Shown in pieces: positions 1-6,414 of a DNA stretch of 24,243 nucleotides. Within the stretch, counting starts at the first letter, position 1, and each line of letters starts with the position of its first letter. A program made the translations under genes and the position numbers. Source of the DNA: Candidatus Rifleibacteriota bacterium (GTDB lineage Bacteria > Muiribacteriota > Ozemobacteria > Ozemobacterales > Ozemobacteraceae); contig JBNJGH010000046.1 in assembly GCA_051747585.1 (NCBI GenBank), positions 1 to 24,243 of the forward strand, read 5' to 3'. The notes beneath the pieces were generated by a model. The model was not told where the DNA came from. It was given only the letters and a program-made list of their open reading frames with translations, and ran no database searches.

Positions 1-405
1 ATTTCAGTTGTGCTAAGCGGAATGAGCGACATGCAACAAGTGAAAGAAAACGTAAAAACAGCATCTGATGCCAAGGCTGGTCAAATGTCAGAAGCAGAAG
101 TGCTGACCATGAAAAATGCTCAGCAGATCTTTTCCGATCGCCTGCAGGTAAAGTGCACTTCATGCGGCTACTGCCTGCCTTGCCCTCATGGCGTGAGAAT
201 TCCGGTCAACTTTCAGATTTACAACAGCTATTTTCTGCTTGATAATGAAGCACGCGACCGGGCAGTAAAACAATACACCGCATTTTTAAGCTCCGAAGCC
301 CGGGCCGACAAATGCGTTCAATGCGGGCAATGCGAACCTCGATGCCCCCAGCAGATAAAAATTATGCAAGAGCTCGAAAAAGTTAAGCAACTCTTCGAGA
401 AATAA
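1..405 (+). CDS. Aldo/keto reductase with C-terminal 4Fe-4S dicluster domain (5'-truncated by window edge)
   Basis: Frame open from base 1 (ISVVLSGMS). Motifs VLSGMS, CTSCGYCLPCPHGVRIP and CVQCGQCEPRCPQQIKI are typical of Fe-S aldo/keto reductases. Confidence 0.85.
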   Translation: MSVVLSGMSDMQQVKENVKTASDAKAGQMSEAEVLTMKNAQQIFSDRLQVKCTSCGYCLPCPHGVRIPVNFQIYNSYFLLDNEARDRAVKQYTAFLSSEARADKCVQCGQCEPRCPQQIKIMQELEKVKQLFEK

Positions 406-518
406 TAAAAATCAAAAACTTTTTATTTATAACTAGTCAGGTACCTGTATTTCCTTTTAAAATGAATAAAAGACATAAAAAAAATTCTGAATGACAGGTG
501 AAAGGAAATAAATAACAA

Positions 519-1853
519 ATGATCAGGATGCTTGCGAACTTTTTTACCAGGTTGGTTAAACGTTTCCTGCCCAATGCTTTTCTTTTTGCGATTATTTTGA
601 CCTTCGTTGTTTTTGTGCTCGGCATATTAATCGAAGGCAAAACTGCTGTAGAAATGCTCAAATGCTGGGGTGAGAACTACTGGAGTCTCCTTACTTTTGC
701 AATGCAGATGGCTCTGGTTTTATCTACAGGTCATACTCTTGCAAAAACAGATTTTGTGGCCAGAATACTTGAGAGGCTTGCAAAACTAGCCAAAACACCA
801 AAACACGCGATTATTATAGTTACAGTTTCTGCTTCAATAGCATGCTGGATAAACTGGGGCTTTGGCCTTATTGTCGGAGCTCTGATAGCTCGAGAAATGG
901 CACGCCGGGTAAAGGGAGTGCATTACCCTCTGATGGTAGCTTCTGCTTATTCCGGTTATATGCTGTGGCACAGCGGCTTATCAGGCTCGATTCCCCTTAC
1001 TATCGCTCAAGAACCCAAAGGAGTAATGGCCAATATCGCCGGCGGAGTAATGATTCCAATTTCTCAGACTACTTTTGCCTGGCAGACAGTTACGATAATG
1101 CTGGTTTTATTTTTTACCCTGCCCATTCTTAACTGTCTGATGATGCCTAAAGAAGGTGAAGAAATTGTAGAGTTCGAAGAATCAGAACCACCTGAAACAG
1201 ACGCTCTAGAGCCGAAAGATACAAATGAACCCATGACCTTTGCCGAGAAAATCGAGAACAGCACCTTGATAACTGCTCTACTGGGATTAATGGGCGTTTC
1301 TTATATGGTTGTCTATTTCTACAATGGCGGCAAGATACAGCTCAATACAGTTAATTTCATTTTTCTGTTTGCCGGTATAATTCTTCATAAAACTCCAATA
1401 GCATTTTTAAGAGCATTTCATGAAGCAATAAAAAGCACTGCGGGCATTATTCTTCAGTTTCCCTTGTATGCCGGCATAATGGGCATGATTATTCATTCAG
1501 GACTTGCTACCACAATTTCTGAAGCCTTCGTAAAAGTTTCGACAACCACTACTTTTCCATTTTTTACTTTTTTAAGTTCTGGTCTGGTAAATTTTTTCGT
1601 TCCATCAGGGGGAGGACACTGGGTTGTCCAGGGTCCAATCATTATGCCTGCCGCCCAGGAAATCGGGACTCCATTATGGAAGGCCGCCATGGCAATTGCC
1701 TGGGGCGATGCCTGGAGCAACATGGTACAGCCCTTCTGGACAGTGCCCCTGCTATCAATCGCCGGCCTTTCAGTACGCGACATCATGGGCTACTGTACCG
1801 TGGTTTTATTATGGGGATTAGTAGTAATCGGCCTCGGCCTGGTATTTCTCTGA
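519..1853 (+). CDS. atoE: Short-chain fatty acid transporter, AtoE family
   Basis: 444-aa polytopic membrane protein with motifs LLTFAMQM, NWGFGLIVGA, WHSGLSGSIPL, QFPLYAGIMG, NFFVPSGGG, WGDAWSNMVQPFW and RDIMGY. AAGGA SD upstream. Confidence 0.88.
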   Translation: MIRMLANFFTRLVKRFLPNAFLFAIILTFVVFVLGILIEGKTAVEMLKCWGENYWSLLTFAMQMALVLSTGHTLAKTDFVARILERLAKLAKTPKHAIIIVTVSASIACWINWGFGLIVGALIAREMARRVKGVHYPLMVASAYSGYMLWHSGLSGSIPLTIAQEPKGVMANIAGGVMIPISQTTFAWQTVTIMLVLFFTLPILNCLMMPKEGEEIVEFEESEPPETDALEPKDTNEPMTFAEKIENSTLITALLGLMGVSYMVVYFYNGGKIQLNTVNFIFLFAGIILHKTPIAFLRAFHEAIKSTAGIILQFPLYAGIMGMIIHSGLATTISEAFVKVSTTTTFPFFTFLSSGLVNFFVPSGGGHWVVQGPIIMPAAQEIGTPLWKAAMAIAWGDAWSNMVQPFWTVPLLSIAGLSVRDIMGYCTVVLLWGLVVIGLGLVFL

Positions 1854-1890
1854 TTTATTTTGTTTTAAAAATTGCCCCGCACAATATCTA

Positions 1891-1920
1891 AAACAACAAA
1901 ACCCGCTGGTTAGGCGGGTT
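1891..1920 (-). terminator. Intrinsic terminator of the tRNA operon
   Basis: Minus strand AACCCGC-CTAACCA-GCGGGTT followed by TTGTTGTTT. A second hairpin (agaaacc/ggtttct) lies at 1932-1950. Confidence 0.65.
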
Positions 1921-1957
1921 ATAAGACTTTGAGAAACCTTTGCGGTTTCTTTGAAAA

Positions 1958-2030
1958 TGGACCATACAGGATTCGAACCTGTGACCCACTGATTAAGAGT
2001 CAGTTGCTCTACCAGCTGAGCTAATGGTCC
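1958..2030 (-). tRNA. tRNA-Lys(CTT)
   Basis: Acceptor stem GGACCAT/ATGGTCC, anticodon arm CTGA-CT-CTT-AA-TCAG, T-loop GGTTCGAATCC. No CCA encoded. Confidence 0.97.
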
Positions 2031-2068
2031 AAAGAACAAAGGCATCGACCTGGAGTCGATGCCTTTTT
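2031..2068. terminator. Terminator-like hairpin between the two tRNA-Lys genes (potentially bidirectional)
   Basis: 9-bp stem ggcatcgac/gtcgatgcc with a 5-nt loop. It is followed by TTTGTTCTTT on the minus strand and TTTTT on the plus strand. Confidence 0.7.
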
Positions 2069-2073
2069 CTAAG

Positions 2074-2145
2074 TGAGCCGCGAAGGATTTGAACCTTCGA
2101 CCCTCTGATTAAAAGTCAGATGCTCTACCCCTGAGCTAGCGGCCC
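2074..2145 (-). tRNA. tRNA-Lys(TTT)
   Basis: Acceptor GGGCCGC/GCGGCTC, anticodon arm TCTGA-CT-TTT-AA-TCAGA, T-loop GGTTCAAATCC. Confidence 0.97.
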
Positions 2146-2168
2146 GTGCTTTTTGCAATTTTACCAGT

Positions 2169-2242
2169 CGCGCCTGGAAGGATTCGAACCCTCAACCTAC
2201 GGATCCGAAGTCCGTCGCTCTATCCAGTTGAGCTACAAGCGC
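2169..2242 (-). tRNA. tRNA-Arg(TCG)
   Basis: Acceptor GCGCTTG/CAGGCGC, anticodon arm ACGGA-CT-TCG-GA-TCCGT, T-loop GGTTCGAATCC. Confidence 0.96.
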
Positions 2243-2248
2243 AATCAG

Positions 2249-2321
2249 GGACAAAGACGGGACTTGAACCCGCAACCGCAAGAACCACAATCTTGTGCAC
2301 TACCATTGTGCTACTTTGTCC
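2249..2321 (-). tRNA. tRNA-His(GTG)
   Basis: 8-bp acceptor including G-1:C73 (GGACAAAG/CTTTGTCC), anticodon arm CAAGA-TT-GTG-GT-TCTTG. Confidence 0.95.
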
Positions 2322-2354
2322 ATATAAGAACAACGACCTTAAAAGCTCATGCAG

Positions 2355-2428
2355 CGCGCCAGAGAGGACTCGAACCCCTGGCCCGCAGCTTAGAAGGCTG
2401 CTGCTCTATCCACCTGAGCTACTGGCGC
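2355..2428 (-). tRNA. tRNA-Arg(TCT)
   Basis: Acceptor GCGCCAG/CTGGCGC, anticodon arm GCAGC-CT-TCT-AA-GCTGC. Confidence 0.96.
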
Positions 2429-2442
2429 AAAGAATCAATGAG

Positions 2443-2515
2443 AGCGGGAAACGGGACTTGAACCCGCGACATCCACCTTGGCAAGGTGGCGCTCTACCAA
2501 CTGAGCTATTCCCGC
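2443..2515 (-). tRNA. tRNA-Gly(GCC)
   Basis: Begins GCGGGAATAGCTCAGTTGGTAGAGCG, anticodon arm CCACC-TT-GCC-AA-GGTGG, U73 discriminator. Confidence 0.97.
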
Positions 2516-2529
2516 ATGAACTTCTACGG

Positions 2530-2602
2530 TCGGGGCGGCAGGACTCGAACCAGCGGCCCCCTGGTCCCAAACCAGGTGCGCTACCAACTGCGCCACGCCC
2601 CG
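2530..2602 (-). tRNA. tRNA-Pro(TGG)
   Basis: Acceptor CGGGGCG/CGCCCCG, anticodon arm CCTGG-TT-TGG-GA-CCAGG. Confidence 0.97.
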
Positions 2603-2631
2603 ATGCTAAGACCTCGCTTTGCAACTTGGAT

Positions 2632-2660
2632 ATATTAGCAGACTTACTCTGCGGCGTCAA
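2632..2660 (-). promoter_or_regulatory. Sigma70 promoter of the tRNA operon
   Basis: TTGACG-17bp-TAATAT with an extended TG and AT-rich upstream DNA, about 30 bp before tRNA-Pro. Confidence 0.8.
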
Positions 2661-2737
2661 GCAAATTTTTAATATTTATTTAGACCGAAGCAATGACGCT
2701 ACTAATGCGGGAAGCATCTAAGCTTTTATTTGTAAAT

Positions 2738-2792
2738 AAAACGACGATTATTCTGGATTCCTGATCCGGTTAAAACCGGTCAGGAATGACGG
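2738..2792. repeat. REP/MITE-like palindrome, copy 1 (tggattcctg...caggaatgac family)
   Basis: aaacgacgattattctggattcctgatccggttaaaaccggtcaggaatgacgg. A near-identical copy lies at 10471-10554. Confidence 0.8.
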
Positions 2793-2840
2793 GGAAAAAT
2801 TTTTGTATTTTTTATTATGTACTAAATTTGAGCATATCAA

Positions 2841-3148
2841 AGATTGCTTCGTCGTTCTGCTTCGCTATTCTGCTCCGCATAAAGCTACGCAGAAACCAGC
2901 TTCGCAGAACTCCTTGCAATGACAATTTGGGGCTGTCATCGTATATTGGTCATTGAGCGTAGTCGAAATGACCAATGGATGGTTACAAGGTCCCTTCGAC
3001 TCCGCTCAGGGACCGCAATAGGGTGTCATTGCGAGCGAAGCGCTTGTGCTGAGCGGAGCCGAAGTGCTTGTGCTGAGCGGAGCCGAAGTGCTTGTGCTGA
3101 GCGGAGCCGAAGTGCTTGTGCTGAGCGGGAGTCGAAGCAAAGCAATCT
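2841..3148. repeat. Composite of nested REP-like palindromes
   Basis: Inverted outer elements agattgct...gcaatgaca (2841-2924) and tgtcattgc...agcaatct (3024-3148) flank two gagcg(t/g)agtcgaa-core hairpins in opposite orientation (2945-2976, 2989-3014). Confidence 0.8.
3041..3137 (+). repeat. 24-bp tandem repeat, four copies
   Basis: (t/c)gcttgtgctgagcggagccgaag at 3041, 3065 and 3089, plus a 25-bp variant at 3113. No spacers between copies. Confidence 0.95.
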
Positions 3149-3285
3149 ATATTTCTTGAAACGGTTTCTACAAATAAATGGATAATTACTGATGTTTTTA
3201 TACCAGCAGAAGACAAAAGCCCAAATTACCTTTATTCTAATAGCAATAAGAAACTCTTACCCGTTAATATTGAAAGGAGCAATCT

Positions 3286-4350
3286 ATGTTTCGCTTCATG
3301 AAAAAAGGAGTTGCCCAAACAAAACTGGGGCAACCTCCGGGAACTCTTACCAGCTTTTCTGAAAAATCGCTAAAAGAAACAAACTTCGAAAAAGTAGTTT
3401 ATAACCACCAGAATTTTGAACGCGAGCTATGTACAGGCACTGACGAGATACCTGCAACCAAAGAAAAAAACATTACCTGGCTGAATTTTTACGAAAACTC
3501 GAACATTGAGCTTTTAAAATCCGTTGCCGAAAAATTCGAGCTGAATCATCTCAGCCTCGAGGACATTTTAAATCCTGACCATCGCCCTAAAATTGAGTAT
3601 CTCGAAGATAAAATTTTATTAATTATCAAGATGATTTCAATTAACGACGAAGGAAAGCTTATTGTCGAACAAGTCAGTTTTGTAGCAGGTCACAATTACG
3701 TACTTTGCTTCCAGGAAAAACCCGGAGACCTGTTTGATCCAATCAGGAACCGCTTACAAAACTCAATCGGCAGAATTAGAACCATGGAATCCGACTATCT
3801 GCTATTTGCTTTATTAGACATAATTATTGACAATTATTTCGTGGTTCTGGAAAATTTTGCCCAGAAGCTTGAAGATCTTGAGCTAACACTCATTCAAGAC
3901 CCAAACAATTTTCAGCTGGTTAAGCTACACGAAATCAAAATGCAGCTATTCTTTCTACGCAAAATATCCTGGCCGCTGCGAGAAATTACCAGCAGTCTAC
4001 AAAAAACAGAATCCAGACTTTTAAGTTCCAAAACCAGAATGTATTTTGGCGACATTTTTGACCATGCAATTAGAACCATTGACACTACCGAGACTCTTAG
4101 AGAAGTAGCCATGGGGATCTCTGACCTGTACACCACGAATGTAAGCTTGAAAATGAACGAAATCATGCAGACTCTTACAATTATATCCACCATTTTTATC
4201 CCGACTACTTTTATTGCCGGAATATACGGGATGAATTTCGAGTTCATGCCGGAGCTGAAGTGGCAATGGGGTTATTTTGGAGCTCTTGGATTAATGCTTT
4301 TTGTAGCATTATCAATGCTGACTTTTTTCAGAAAAAAAGGCTGGTTATAA
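3286..4350 (+). CDS. corA: Magnesium/cobalt transporter CorA
   Basis: GQPPGTL N-terminus, EDILNPDHRPKIE, and two C-terminal TM helices with YGMNF and MPELKW. AAGGAG SD. Confidence 0.96.
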   Translation: MFRFMKKGVAQTKLGQPPGTLTSFSEKSLKETNFEKVVYNHQNFERELCTGTDEIPATKEKNITWLNFYENSNIELLKSVAEKFELNHLSLEDILNPDHRPKIEYLEDKILLIIKMISINDEGKLIVEQVSFVAGHNYVLCFQEKPGDLFDPIRNRLQNSIGRIRTMESDYLLFALLDIIIDNYFVVLENFAQKLEDLELTLIQDPNNFQLVKLHEIKMQLFFLRKISWPLREITSSLQKTESRLLSSKTRMYFGDIFDHAIRTIDTTETLREVAMGISDLYTTNVSLKMNEIMQTLTIISTIFIPTTFIAGIYGMNFEFMPELKWQWGYFGALGLMLFVALSMLTFFRKKGWL

Positions 4351-4398
4351 AAAAAAAGGGGATTTCCCATTAATGTTTTGCCTAATTGGGAAATCCCT
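4349..4398 (-). terminator. Intrinsic terminator for a minus-strand transcript converging on corA
   Basis: Minus strand AGGGATTTCCCA...TGGGAAATCCC followed by a long T run. There is no T run after the stem on the plus strand. Confidence 0.75.
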
Positions 4399-4435
4399 GA
4401 AAATCTTCAGCAGGTAAAAAATTCTATTCTATTTC

Positions 4436-4455
4436 CTCTCTCTCTCTCTCTCTCT
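4436..4455. repeat. (CT)10 / (AG)10 dinucleotide tract
   Basis: ctctctctctctctctctct inside a longer pyrimidine tract extending to about 4470. Confidence 0.9.
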
Positions 4456-4540
4456 TCTGTCTCCTCTCTTAACTAATAATAGTTTTTACAGGCTTTAGAG
4501 CGGTAATCTTATCATTATTGCGCCTGTTTATATTTCAAAC

Positions 4541-4714
4541 TTAATTGAATTTGCCATTATAAATTTCGTCATAATCCTCTTCGCATGCATAAAAGAATTG
4601 CTTTTTACCTCTTTTTGGCTTTTTCATTTTAGATTTTCTTGGAAAATCGTCATATTCAAGATAATCCTGCCTCGATTTTCTAAAATTCTTTTTTTCAGAC
4701 CTGTTAGCCTTCAC
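4541..4714 (-). CDS. Small charged hypothetical protein (57 aa, GTG start)
   Basis: AAGGAG SD at 4725-4730 lies 10 nt before GTG. The ORF sits between a sigma54 promoter and a terminator. K/R-rich body with acidic tail EEDYDE. Confidence 0.6.
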   Translation of the reverse strand: MKANRSEKKNFRKSRQDYLEYDDFPRKSKMKKPKRGKKQFFYACEEDYDEIYNGKFN

Positions 4715-4767
4715 TTTAACCAATCTCCTTCAGAAAATATTCAGGTTAAGTTAAACCTGCTATTTAC

Positions 4768-4784
4768 AGCATTAAGCATGCCAA
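4768..4784 (-). promoter_or_regulatory. Sigma54 (-24/-12) promoter
   Basis: TTGGCATGCTTAATGCT, with exact GG-N10-GC spacing, divergent from a sigma54 activator gene. Confidence 0.75.
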
Positions 4785-4856
4785 CTTGTCGGGCATTTTT
4801 GCATGCCTGAACAACAATGACCAATTAACATTTACCCAACAAACAAACAAGATTGC

Positions 4857-4895
4857 AGAAGCTTGACTTCTTATTTTTTCGGAAGTAAAATTTCC
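4857..4895 (+). promoter_or_regulatory. Sigma70 promoter of the activator gene overlapped by two palindromes (candidate UAS)
   Basis: TTGACT(4863)-17bp-TAAAAT(4886). Palindromes AGAAG-N5-CTTCT (4857-4871) and GGAAG-N5-TTTCC (4881-4895). Confidence 0.6.
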
Positions 4896-4921
4896 TAATA
4901 TCAACCAAATCGGAAGTTAAA

Positions 4922-5941
4922 ATGCTAATTCGTGTCGGACCAGGACTGAATGATTTTCAACAGCAGGGCGAAAAACATTTTTTAAAAATTGCCAGGAAAG
5001 TCGTAAACAGCAATTCTTCTCTCCTCCTTCTCGGAGAGACCGGCGTAGGAAAAGAACGACTTGCCCTTGCAATTCATAACGAAAGCCAACGCCGCCATGA
5101 GCCGTTTATTCCTATTAATTGTGCCGCGCTCCCGGAAAATCTTCTTGAAAGTGAACTTTTCGGCCATGAACAAGGAGCATTCACCGGTGCTATCAGAACA
5201 AGACGCGGAGCCTTTGAGCTTGCCCACCGGGGTACAATCTTTCTCGATGAAGTTGGCGACATGCCTCTTCACCTGCAGGCCAAATTGCTCCGAGTCTTAC
5301 AGGAAAAAGAATTCCAGAAAATTGGGGGAGAAAAAGCCTTAAAAGTTGACGTAAGGGTTATGGCTGCTACCAACCACGACCTTCCGAAGGCTGTTCAAAA
5401 CAAACTCTTCCGACGCGACCTCTTTTACCGCCTCAGCGTGGTCAGCATAGAAATTCCACCGCTCAGAGAGAGACCTGAAGACATTGAATCTCTGGTTGAA
5501 TATTTTACTAAAAATTTATCCGCAGAATCTGAGAAAAGCAAAACAACCGTGAGTACCGCTGCGATGACTGCGCTGAAGAACTATGAATGGCCCGGCAATG
5601 TACGAGAACTTATGAATGTCATAGAAAGGGCTCTTCTGCTTGGAGACGGGAGAAGAATAGAATTGGAAGACCTGCCACCGGAGATTATTTCCAATAAAAG
5701 TTGCGACAATCCCCCTGATCTAATGCCTGAGACTGTAATCAGCCAGAGCGAATTAAACAGCCTGCCCTGGAAATACGCGAGAAAGTTATGGCTCGACCGG
5801 CTTGAAAAAATTTACTTTGAAAATCTTTTAAAAAGCTGCAACGGAAAAATTGGAGAGACCGCAAAAAGAGCGGGAATTACGGCGAGAGCCCTACACCAGA
5901 AAATGACTCAGCATGGTATAGACAAAAAAGACTTTAAATAG
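4922..5941 (+). CDS. Sigma54-dependent transcriptional activator (AAA+ and Fis HTH) without an N-terminal sensor domain
   Basis: Walker A GETGVGKE near residue 38, ESELFGH-GAFTGA, FLDEVG, FRRDLFYRL, WPGNVREL and a C-terminal HTH. Confidence 0.93.
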   Translation: MLIRVGPGLNDFQQQGEKHFLKIARKVVNSNSSLLLLGETGVGKERLALAIHNESQRRHEPFIPINCAALPENLLESELFGHEQGAFTGAIRTRRGAFELAHRGTIFLDEVGDMPLHLQAKLLRVLQEKEFQKIGGEKALKVDVRVMAATNHDLPKAVQNKLFRRDLFYRLSVVSIEIPPLRERPEDIESLVEYFTKNLSAESEKSKTTVSTAAMTALKNYEWPGNVRELMNVIERALLLGDGRRIELEDLPPEIISNKSCDNPPDLMPETVISQSELNSLPWKYARKLWLDRLEKIYFENLLKSCNGKIGETAKRAGITARALHQKMTQHGIDKKDFK

Positions 5942-5951
5942 CTGCAAAAAC

Positions 5952-6362
5952 TCAGGCAGCCTCGCCAGATACCAGATCAGCGACGCTTACTGAAGCGAAT
6001 TCTCTTTCCAGACTACTTTGTATTTTCTGGAAATATTTGTGGGCTTCACATTTTGGTGAACGACAACAAAGGTCGGGATCCTTACAGCAAAGATTGACCG
6101 ACAAAGCCCGCTCATCAAAAATCCGCAAAATATCCAGAACACTTATTTTTTCTGGTGATTTATTTAAGATCAGGCCACCCTGTTTTCCGCGATGGGCCTT
6201 AACAAGTCCTGATTTAACCAGTTCCCTGGAAATTTTACGCAAGAACCTGTAGGGAATCAGCATTTCCCGACAAATTTCAGAAGTGGGACAAAATTTTCGC
6301 TCGGGGACACGAGCTAAATATATAACAGCCCTAAGAGCATAATCTGCTTCTCTTGTAATCAT
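5952..6362 (-). CDS. Rrf2-family transcriptional regulator
   Basis: ITREADYALRAVIYLA, GLVKAHRGKQGG, SPEKISVLDIL, and Cys cluster CCKDPDLCCRSPKCEAH. Confidence 0.9.
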   Translation of the reverse strand: MITREADYALRAVIYLARVPERKFCPTSEICREMLIPYRFLRKISRELVKSGLVKAHRGKQGGLILNKSPEKISVLDILRIFDERALSVNLCCKDPDLCCRSPKCEAHKYFQKIQSSLEREFASVSVADLVSGEAA

Positions 6363-6383
6363 TTAATTTGTTCCTTTGAACCA

Positions 6384-6412
6384 ATAATATTAGCTTTAAA
6401 TGCTCAAGTCAA
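6384..6412 (-). promoter_or_regulatory. Sigma70 promoter of the Rrf2 gene
   Basis: TTGACT-17bp-TATTAT in the cmoB-rrf2 gap. Confidence 0.6.
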
Positions 6413-6414
6413 CA

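Noticed and set aside
1854..1957. Integrative element at the tRNA 3' ends
   Set aside because: No integrase in the window, and I saw no duplicated tRNA 3' fragment.
1818..2721. ORFs 1818-2045, 2146-2721, 2153-2461 and 2406-2660
   Set aside because: They are translations of tRNA genes or their antisense strand.
3041..3137. Possible CRISPR array
   Set aside because: Repeats abut directly with no unique spacers, and no cas genes are present.
2919..3216. ORFs with SACAERSR or AQHKHFGS repeats
   Set aside because: They arise from the in-frame 24-bp REP-derived tandem repeat. No SD or family resemblance.
4791..4809. Additional sigma54-like site (CAGGCATGCAAAAATGC, minus strand)
   Set aside because: Spacing is GG-N11-GC rather than the required N10.
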